A stretch of DNA of 57,219 bases, filler included, from Porpidia crustulata (Eukaryota): the NCBI GenBank assembly GCA_964255105.1. It is 4 parts of 4 records of this genome, joined end to end, with 100 filler letters (N's around TTAATTAATTAA, not from the genome) between each part and the next. Parts side by side here need not be neighbours in the genome. Positions count along the whole stretch, not along the records: positions 43,038 to 57,219 come from CAXUWE010000390.1; 3 more parts are not named here. One strand, given 5' to 3'. Position 1 is the stretch's first letter, and the number at the start of each line of letters is the position of its first letter. The translations under genes were made by a program, and so were the position numbers. A model generated the notes under the pieces. That model did not search any database, was not told where the DNA came from, and was given only the letters and a program-made list of their open reading frames with translations. Shown here piece by piece: positions 47,565-57,219 of this stretch.

Positions 47565-50500
47565 TTATCGTAGTTTCTTACTCGCGCTTCTCATTCCGCT
47601 CGCCTTCCTTACACTCTCCAATTTCTTTGCCAACTGCGCTTGGACCTTCTTTTGCACGGCCCAATCCTTTTGCATCTTCTTCATTCGGATTCCAGCGATA
47701 AACATGAGGGACACAGCCCGTAAAGTGGGACGTTTCGGAGGGGTAGAGGGTCGCCTGTCAGGAGTGACGCCCAACTCGGAAAGGAGGTGTAAGTCGAGTT
47801 TATTGCATGCATTGAACATCTCAATCTGCATCAGCAGGAATCGCTTCTCGTATGCCAAACCTCGTCTGAAGCCTTCCTCCCTCAAAAACCTTGCTCGCAT
47901 CCATTGGATCTGCTTCGCCAATCCTGTCAACTCGCGCTGGTGTATCTTATCCTTCTCCTGCACGATGAGCTCCGTCTGCTTGACTTTGGTGGACATAACC
48001 TTCGGATCAATGCTACTGACGCTTGTGTTCGCGAATCTGACCCGGCTCATGATAGCCTTTCGCTCACCATCCCAATCATGCTGCTGGCGGGCTATTTTAT
48101 CTAGCGCACCGTCGAACTGGGCTTGGACAGTCTCGAGCTCTGTGTTCAGCGCCGTGGTTTTCTTAAAATAGAGTATCCGTTCTTCGCGAACACGCTTGAG
48201 CTGCGTGCGGAGATCTTTCTCACGAGAAGAAGTAGCTTCGACTTGAAGCTGTCGATCTGTGATCTGTAGGCGAAGATCTTCCGCTTCCAACTTGGCATCC
48301 TTCAGCATTTCATGTAGATCTTTACGCTCGTCAGCCATAGTTTTATCGCCGGTAGAGGAGAGACGGTTGTCATGAAGGGACTGCTCTAGCGATTGGATTC
48401 GGGTGCGGAGGCGGGCGATGGTCTTTTCGTTGGATGTAGTTTTGAGAATCTGATCTTCTTGCCGGAGGCGGTAATCGGAGAGCTCTTGCTCTAGCTGCTC
48501 TCGCTGCTGTTCATAAGAATCATATGTTGCCTGGGCTTGGCGTTCTGCATCAGCAAGTTTGCGATAATGGTCTTTTTCGCTTTCCTTGATTTTTGCACGA
48601 AGCTTTTTCATCTCTTGGTGTCCTTCTCCCAGTTGGCGCCTGGACTCAAGGAGCTCGTTCTTCTGAGCCGAGCCACCAATGGATGACTTTGGCGAATTGA
48701 CAGCCAGTTTAGAGACCTCCGCCTCATGGATTTGGCGCTCGAGTTGCGCAACCTTCTGCCGTAGATCACGAATACTCTCCTTATGAGCCGCCTCGCGATG
48801 GAAAAACTCGGTCTCTCTCCTTCTTGTAGCCGACAAATCTTTTTGAATCATTGAAAGCTCAGCAGCAGCTTCGCCGTCTTGCTCGCCCCGTGATAAGCGA
48901 TTTTCAAGGTCCTCATTTTGAAGTTCGAATCGCTGTATCTTCTGCCTTGCCAGAAGAAGCTCGCGATCTCGGCTTTCTGAGGCTGTCGTCATCTGCCGCT
49001 GCAGGTCCGCCACTTTCTCGTTCAAATGTTCTTCTTCGGAGGCGGCCCTTGCGATCTCATCGTGAAGCTCTGACTCCAGAGCCTCATTCTTGTCTAGAAG
49101 ACCTTTGCGTTCACTACGGAGACGTCCAACGTCAGTTTCCAACTTTAGTTTTGAAGTCCGGAGCTCGATTTTCTCTTGGTCAAGTTTGAATGTCTCGTCC
49201 ACTTGGTCTTGCATCTGCTTGAGTTGACTTTGAAGTTCGTCTCGCTCTGCCTCGGTCTCCATTGAACGCGTCCTCGAAGTATGAAACTCGATGTTGATGG
49301 AAGCTAATCGGTCCTGCAACGATTGCTTGTCGCTTCGTGTCTGCTGAAGCTGTGTTTGAAGATCCTGAAGCTGAACATTAAGCGCATCCAGGGATTCGTC
49401 CCAACCCTCGCCTCTAGCCATGACGCGCTCAGTCTCGGCTCGGTTGAATTCCTTCTTTGCCGTCTGGAGTTGGCTTTGTAATAACTCTGCGTCTTTCCTG
49501 GCTACGTTCACCGCGTCTCTCGCGTTCTCGGCCTCATCGTCAAGACCACCCTGCAAGACTTCTATTTCATCTTCTAAAGCTTGCAACTTTTCTTCTGTAG
49601 CAGCTTGTTCGCGCCTGCTCATACGGAGCTCTTCCTTATTCCGCGATAAATCTAAACGAAACTCATCCAAAGCCCGCCGCTTGTCACTAATTTCTTTGTT
49701 AAGCTCCTCGATTTGACGAACAAGGACAGCCTCTTCACTGCGGTGCCGCTGTTGTTCACTCTCAAAAGCTTCTTGAAGCTTGAGCTCGCGGCCCGAGAGT
49801 GTTCCTTCCGTCTCTTGGAGCTTCTTCACTGTGCGCTGAAGTCCAACCGCTTGCTCCTCTGCCTTTTCCTTGCAGGCCTGCAGGCCTCGCTGTTCGTTAG
49901 TCCATCGGTCTAGATCTGCGGTATGCTGGCTAGTTTTTTCATTCAACACGCGGTTGAGTTTTTCAATTTCATTAGAAAGGCGGTCAAATTCGTGCTTAGC
50001 TTCATCCCGAAGTCTGCGATCGTTCTCGAGCGCATGATCCCTCTCTTCTTGCAAGCTACGCCTTAGGGTCTCTGCCTGTGCGCATGCTTCAGACAGCTCT
50101 TTTTGCAATACTTCATACTCGGCTGTTAAAGCGTCATGCCCAGAGTGCAACATATCTTTCTCCTCGGACTTGATTTGTAGCTCTCTAGTAGCCTGTTTAA
50201 GTTCTTTCGCAAGAGAGTCGCTCTTCCTGACACTGATTCCATGTTCGTGATGTAGCGACTCGTTCTCGTCTTTCCAACGTTGCTCGCGTGTCTTAGCGTT
50301 CCGTTCCGCGTCTTTGAGACTTTCCTGTGCTTTTCTAGCTTCTCTCGACTTCTCGTCTTCTAATGCGGCGTATCTTTGACGAAGGTCAATTAAATCAGCC
50401 TGCAAACTGTTTGATTTATCCTCGAGCTGCCGGCTAAGACCTTTGGTATTCATCGACTTGTTGGACATTTCATCGCGCAACTTCAGTTCAATGTCAGCAA

Positions 50501-51883
50501 ACAATCAACTTCAACGATATTTAGGAGAACGTACCTCGTCTAGATCGGCTTCTGCCCTCTGTTTTGCGTACAATGCTTCTTCGGTCTCCTCCTTGACACT
50601 TTTCACTGTGGTCTCGGCGAGATCCATCGCAATCTGAAGGTCCTGCAATCTATGTCGCACATCAGAGAGGTCGTCGTGAGCTTGCTTTAACTCCGTAGCC
50701 TGTTCCGCGGAGGCTCTCTGGGTTTCTTCAAGACTTTCGATTCGTGTCTTCCCTGCTGTGAGTTCCTCATAAACATCGTCAAGTTCTTCCGATTCCTTCT
50801 TGAGCTTAGCCTTCAAATTTTCGTTCTCCTCATCCCGTTCCTCTATCAAGCGATCCTTCTCCCGTACATCTGCCTCTAAGTCTTCGATATCCCCTCTGCA
50901 TTTTTCGAGCGACTGCAGACTACTCTCTGCATTCTCCAATTTTCCATGCAGCTTTTTCACTTCAGCTTCTTTGTTTGAGACTTGTATTCTCAGAGATTCG
51001 AGCTCTTCCCGCAGACCTCTATCCGCGTGCTTCCGCTTCAAGTCCTCCTGCACGTCCTGCAGGTGAACGCGGTAAGCTTCGAGGTCTCTCTCTGCCTGGC
51101 TTAGAGTTTTCTTGGCGCGGGCAAGCTCTTTCTGCATTGTAATCTTATCGACTTTCAGATCCGTGTTTTCCCTCAATGCGGCTTCGTTAAACCCTGGTCC
51201 TGCTTTCCGCAATGATTCTTCCAAGAAATGGATTTTTAGCTTCAGTCCAAAATTCTCCTTCTCAACCTTGTTTATGATCTGAATAAATGTTAGCACTGCG
51301 AAGGAGATCGACCGATTCGTAATATGACACGCACATTCTCCTGCTCCCTGAGTGTCATCATCTGTCCCTGATCTTGAAGAAGCCCCGCGGCATCACGCTT
51401 CGGCAGTGCTGCAAGAGGTGTAGATTGAACACTGCTGTTGACAATTTGAGGCACAGGTGTCTCATCATCGTCTCCTATCTGCGAACTTTCTCCATCGTAG
51501 CCATACACTGCCGAAATTTCTGCTGCCGGCAATGCGGGACTTTTGCCCCCCTTATAATTAGCCTTAAGAAAGGCAGGTGTCATTGGCCCACCATGAGCCT
51601 TTCTATTTCGAACCACGTTCTTTCGAAGGCCGCTTTGGAGTAGAGGAGTAAATTCTCCCTGTGACGGCGCAGCTTGAAGGTTATGTAAGTCCTTGAGGGG
51701 TCCACGCGCCCGCGGCGTCTTCAGACTGAGTCCGCGACCATTACGAAGCTGAGATATTAGATCATCCTTCCGCTTCGAAGGCGAGAGAAATGAATTCTCA
51801 ACCGAGAAATTGTCGAGATTGTGACCATTGGACAGGTACGTTGCGTTTCCAGCATCAGTCCGGGGAGTTTCAATGTAAGCCAT
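47565..51883 (-). CDS. pcp1: Spindle pole body coiled-coil protein Pcp1/PcpA (pericentrin/Spc110-like)
   Basis: CM1 motif TLREQEN|IINKVEKENFGLKLKIHFLEE, long coiled coil, and PACT-like C-terminus GLAKQIQWMRARFLREEGFRRGLAYEKRFL; introns 51334-51279 and 50534-50481. Confidence 0.9.
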
Positions 51884-52136
51884 AGTTGCGTTACATCATC
51901 GAACAGCCATCAAGAAAAGGTTGAAAGGTCTCTCAAGCTGCACCGGTCCATCAGCTAAGTGATGGGAAGGGAAACAAAAAATGTATCATATCTATGTTGA
52001 CTTTCGGAGGACGTGTTGTAGTGCGATGTAAACATCGGCAAAGTTGCCGCTTTGGAACACGCTAGTAATGAGGCTTTCGTCGACCTGGGATTCTCTCCCT
52101 TCCTACGAACTCGACCAACTTCAACGTCTTCCGGAA

Positions 52137-53512
52137 ATGGATAGACAAAAAGATAATTTGAAGTGGTTTGGTGAAGGCTTTGATGGATTTCCCAGGTCCC
52201 TCCCAGAAGACTGTGTAGAATACACTCTTTACGTCATAGACAGTAGGCTCAATGATTTTGATGTGCGGGAAAAGCTTCGTGAGGTGCAAACCGAGGCAAA
52301 CAGGCTGACGAAGAAACTGCTCGGCAACTTCATTTGGCAGCGAGAAAGCTTTACCCTTAACTTAGTACGAAAAAACGATAAGTTGCCAGGCTTTTTACAT
52401 GGTCGAACGAACTATGGGGACTCTGTGGAGGACGAGTGGCTTGTAGTGTATCTACTCCGAGAACTTAGCAGGCGCTTTCCCAAACTCTGGATTAGGGTTG
52501 TAGACACAGACGGACAGTTTCTACTCATCGAGGCTGCAAATGCTCTTCCACAATGGTTGAATCCTGAGATTGCCGATTTTAGGGTAAGTACAGGACAGAA
52601 TGTGTAAGATCACAATTGACCATTCATAGATTTGGATCAACGATGGCAATCTCAAGATAATTCCTATCATACCAATGAAAGAAACGCGGAAAGTCAAATC
52701 TATGAGGCCCTTACAGGAAATGACAATAGAAGATGCTCTGAATATCCTAAGAAATGAGCTTTCGAAGCTACTCCATTCGCCTTCGATTGAGGCGGAAGCA
52801 TTCTATCGCTTGCAGAAATACCCCAAACAAATTACAGATACCCTTCATCATGCGCTCATTCAAATACCGAGGAAGCTTGCATACATTCTTCATGAAGAAG
52901 CCGCTTTCATTAGTCCAGCGATAGAAGCATTTTATCTGCGAGACCCAATTGCAACCCGTCTATTATATGCATCGGATGCGACCAATGCCGTGTTCGCTCC
53001 AACAGACTTAGTCACTGTATCTGTAAAGTTTACTAAAGTTGGATATGCCCAAGTTAAGAGTCAACGATTCGCTGCGCCTCCAGCATGGTCTGGAATATTA
53101 TCTACGGCCCAAGGGAAATCCTTCGACAGATTAGATTTAGGTATGAAGGTCACTAGTGGTTTCGAGATGCTATTATCGGATTCGCAGAATAAGGATCTCA
53201 AGGCTGTTCGGGAAATAAACTTACTTCTTGAAGATATTGAGACTGGAGATGATAGATTACCGTCAGATAGCGATATAGCCAAATGGAAAACCAATGATGA
53301 CGATGAGACCTGGCTCGATGTTGATTTTGAGCAATTCGAGCGAGAACTAGCGGGAAAGGGCTCTGAGAACTTGTCCGCCAGTCCAGAGGGGTTTGGTGAC
53401 AAAGCTGCTCAAGGAAATCTACGAAAGATGGTTGAGAGATTCGAAGACTTCTTGAAAGACGAGGAAGCAACTGCTGAAGGTGCGGAATACCTTGACGACA
53501 TGGACAAAGACA

Positions 53513-53544
<32 letters not shown>

Positions 53545-54078
53545 CACGATGATGATTGCTCCGACGACAGTAGTAAAACTGAAGGAGATGAAAATAAAGA
53601 AGTTATATTTGATGCGGATGAATTTGCGACCTTGATGAGAAACATGATGGGTGGCCCAGAGGGAAAAGGCCCATATAAAAGCCACACCAAGGAACGTCAA
53701 GGCGCCGAAACAAATGATGCTCCAGCAGATGTAGATGAAGAAAATGAAATACGACGAGTGATGAGCGATATGGAATCAGAGCTTCGTGAAGCTGGAGCTC
53801 TTAGGTTAGACGTGGCCCCGACTGCTGGCACAATCAACTCGCCAAAACAACCCGATGACGCCGGAGCGAGAGGATTTGACCGCCCAACAAATGGAGCAGA
53901 CAGGGAAAGCGACACAGATGAAGATCTAGACATAGACTACAATCTAGCGAAGAACATGCTCGAGAGCTTCAAGAGCCAAGATGGTGGAGCAGGCCCTGGT
54001 GGGAACCTATTGGGCTTGATGGGTATACATCTGTCTCGAGACGAGGGAGACAGCTCTTCCACTCTGCGACGAAGGTGA
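52137..54078 (+). CDS. ECD: Ecdysoneless/SGT1-family protein
   Basis: FIWQRE, GRTNYGDSVEDEWLVVYLL, DTDGQFLLIEAA, SPAIEAFYLRDP, GMKVTSGFEML, DDDETWL and NLAKNMLESFKSQ; one intron ~52584-52629. Confidence 0.9.
53514..53555 (+). repeat. (GAT)n microsatellite encoding poly-Asp within the Ecd gene
   Basis: About 10 consecutive GAT units, then CAC GAT GAT GAT. Confidence 0.9.
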
Positions 54079-55684
54079 GGACACCTTCGACTAAGGCGTC
54101 AGCTTGGTTGCACAAAACTCGGTTGGGGTTTGACCGGGCCTGCATTGAGCATATCCAGCAGGCTGCAGCTACATAATTCAGGCTTTGGAAACCAAGGGGG
54201 CTGAAACACTAATTTATGCATGGATAATTCATGGGAACTGTACAAATCCCATTTCCTCGGACATAGTCGATCGTTGGTACTCTTTACAGCGTGGCAGACG
54301 TTGTTAAGAGCATCCTTCCAATTACCAAGTCTACTCGCAGTGTTGTCGATCATGTTCCGACAAATCAGGGTTCTGGACAGCCACCCGCCAATGCCCATTG
54401 ACAATAGAGAAGATTACGGATACCTGCGAAGAACCAGATCACTGGGAAAAGCAATCAGTTTACCCCTCAACAAGGCGCAACAAAGGCCTCGATAGTCGAT
54501 ACCTACCCACATTCCCGTTGTGTCCGCTACTCATCCGGTGTTTCAAAATCTGCCGTGTGCTGGAACAAGACTGGCGTCCAATGTTGAGAGCGCAGTCATG
54601 CCGATCCGTTCCAGATGATGGGTGGACCAAGGGTGCGGTCTCCAAAGTTAATCTCTACAAAGTAAAGTACTTCGTCGCTTCTTGCAAAAGTCGATTGGCG
54701 ACGATATAAGCGCCCTCGCATGATTCGATCGAGGAAGAATCTGAGACAGAGATGCCATCCGCCGTAACCTTAATTGGACGCGCAGCAATCCAGCGCCAAG
54801 CCCCTCGTACGCCCGCCACACCTTGGAATTGCTACGCCCATTGCCGGCGTCCGGACGCTGTAACGTCTGGTAGCAACGAACTTGCAGGCTTCGTGCCTTG
54901 GCTAGTATGTGTTCCTGCTCTGAAGAGGGCACGACGGCTTCATACCTTGCGACGGAGATTTTACGGCCACGTGGTCATCTCTTCGTACATACCCGCTTTG
55001 TATGCATGTTCACTGCTATGCTTTCTGCGTGATTGTGGGATTTCAGTCTATTCAGTCGTGGGGTTGTATCAGGTTATCCTTCAACAAGTCGTCCCTCTCC
55101 AAGTCTATCTTCAGCCACGTAAGGATGAACAATGCATGTCTAATGGTGCCGGTCAATGCAGATGGTGTCGGATTGTATGTCTCACATTTTCTTGGCTTAA
55201 ACCAACCCAAACAGCATGCTAACCTTGTGCCTTGGCAGATGCGTCTACTATGTACAGGTGTGCGAGAGAATGTACGATGGGGTAAAGGTGGTGTTGAAAT
55301 TCTGAAACTACAGACGGGACGAAGCAACGGATGGGGCCAATCACTGCGAACTTAGGTTCAGCTGATAATTGACAGGGCCTGCTAATAGGTGTGCGACGAT
55401 CTAAAGTACGACCATGTCTTGTATAGCACCGGTAGAACACCCGGCTTCAAGTGACATTGCTTGCGCATGGCCTTCTGCACCTCCCTTGCCCCGGCCCGTC
55501 TTGCGCTGTCTTCTCCTCGTCATGCCTGACCGCAGCCGCGCCTTTGATGTATTTTAGTATTCTCGGAGTTTTTTATCTCTTATCGATTTGATAACCGCGG
55601 TCCTGTCGATAGTGATACATGCGACTCGTGATTGTATGATCTTGTTATAGTTGAACAGGTCGTCGCCGGTGTGAGAACTTTGTC

Positions 55685-57219
55685 ATGGCCGATCAGGGCT
55701 CACCGATTGTATGTAAGTGTCTGAGCGTTTGCCTGTGCATGGACTGACCGAACTTCAGTCACCCGTCAACGGCGAGGATTACGAAGGGCTCCAAGTCGAT
55801 ACACGAGCAAAGGATAGCACAGATAAGCACCTCGACACTCAATATGGCCCTCAAGGACTGCGCAGTTGGGAGACTCTTGACGATAAGCACGATTACCTCC
55901 ACGAGAAGCAGATCGCTTTAGTGGACGAAACTCTCAAAGGCGATCATTCGCCAACCTCTCCAGGTGCGACGTTGGTCGAGGACGCGGAAACCCCTCGCCC
56001 CAAGACAATTGACGACGGTATTTCTGTCGAACCTGGATCACCGCCGGCACCAAACGTCAGGAAAATCTGTGGCATGCGGCGGCGCAACTTTTGGATTGCA
56101 TTCGGTGCGGTTTTGGTCATTGTTGTTGTAGCGGCCATAGTTGGTGGGCTGGTAGGTGGAAAAAGGAAGAAGACGGTCAATTCCTCAATGGCGCCTGGGG
56201 GCTCGCTTCCTCCGGCCTCCGCTATTGCGCCTCCAGCGTAGGTTAAAGAAGAAGACATATATGACGTCCAGATACTGATTGTGCGGGTTATAGATCGTCA
56301 GATGTCATCACTGATTCGCCCTTGTGCGTTCTTTCGTATGATAACAATGGTACCGGCAACCCAGAAAGCCGGCAGTCGTTCCGCATGTATTACCAATCTG
56401 TGATTGGGAATGTCAAGGAATCCGTCTCTGATGGGCTGAGTACCTGGCAAGCTGCTACGTAAGTCTCGTAGTGCAGAAATTCGGGGTTTTCTGACGAGAA
56501 CAGACCTATTTTCACAGATGCCATGAACAACACAGGGCTGGCAACAGTCATCTATTTGAACGGTACTCAACAGGTAAGCTTAACCTTGGCCTTGATGAGT
56601 CGTTCCTAATGGAGAGCTCAGGGGGCCATTTTCTACGTCGGATCGAACGGGCTATTGCAAGAAAAGAGAAAGTATAACATCTCGAATTCTACGGCGATCT
56701 GGCTTTCAGGTAGTCTGAATAGCATGAATATCCCCGTGGTCGGCAATCTGACGGCCCCGTCTAATACCAACGACTCCGTGAACAATTGGGATAGCTATCG
56801 AATAGCGGCCGTATATTCTACCAGCTTCCAAAGCGGACCTGGAATGCGCCTTTACTACCACGCCAAAGAACTCAACGGCACTAGCTGGGTGCAAGAAATC
56901 ATATGGACCCAGCGAAATGATAGCTGGTCCATGGGTGCTTCCTTTTACGATGCATGGCCGACATCTCACCTCGCCGCTACCATTGACGAAAACACCAAGA
57001 TCCTCCGCCTCTTCTTTTCGTCGGCAAACCTCACCCTCTCAGAATACTACACCAATATTTCCTCTCCCGACTCCACCTACCACAAAGGTAATTCCATCTC
57101 CTCCTTCTCCCAGACCCCCAACATCTAACCCTCGAAACAAAAAGGCCTCGCGATCCCCTCTTACCTCCACTCCTACAACGCCAACCTCGCCGCCATCTCC
57201 ACACCCTCGGGCACATCCC
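55685..57219 (+). CDS. Type II membrane protein with a fungal fucose-specific-lectin-like beta-propeller, 3' truncated
   Basis: ATG 55685, intron 55709-55758; cytosolic YEGLQV segment, ICGMRRRNFWIAFGAVLVIVVVAAIVGGLVGG TM; repeats FRMYYQS, MRLYYHA..WVQEIIWTQ..SWSMG, LRLFFSS; many N-x-S/T sites. Confidence 0.7.

Noticed and set aside
47473..51643. Several long plus-strand ORFs opposite pcp1 (and similar antisense ORFs over TAF2, SSB1 and Ecd)
   Set aside because: Antisense shadows of codon-biased genes with no recognisable motifs
54099..55440. Cluster of 60-150 aa ORFs between Ecd and the lectin gene
   Set aside because: Overlapping on both strands, with no motifs or consistent splice pattern; treated as intergenic

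Overview
Fungal (filamentous ascomycete, Pezizomycotina-type; inferred from gene content and short GT-AG introns with CTRAC branch points) genomic DNA. It consists of four ~14.2 kb contigs joined by artificial 100-nt N/TTAATTAATTAA spacers (14254-14353, 28603-28702, 42938-43037), so adjacency across gaps is not biological. Contigs 1, 2 and 4 mostly carry ordinary genes: membrane protein, LDAH-like hydrolase, arrestin, proline dehydrogenase, RRM-like protein, CDC26, GPI-anchored Cys-rich protein, YPT35, SAS4, TAF2, SSB Hsp70, SDR, a pseudogenised Zn2Cys6 factor, Pcp1, Ecd/SGT1 and a membrane-anchored fucose-lectin-like protein. Contig 3 (28703-42937) looks like an accessory island with no housekeeping protein gene. 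It holds a PD-(D/E)xK-like protein gene and a compact three-gene module: a CorA-like membrane protein lacking GMN, a spliced 56-aa microprotein missed by the ORF track, and a divergent kinase with a WD40-like tail. All three module genes appear to be decaying. An intron-containing tRNA-Lys(CTT) and a tandem array of short hydrophobic peptide ORFs follow. The module is the best candidate for an undescribed signalling or cell-death system. All family assignments come from motif recognition, not database searches.
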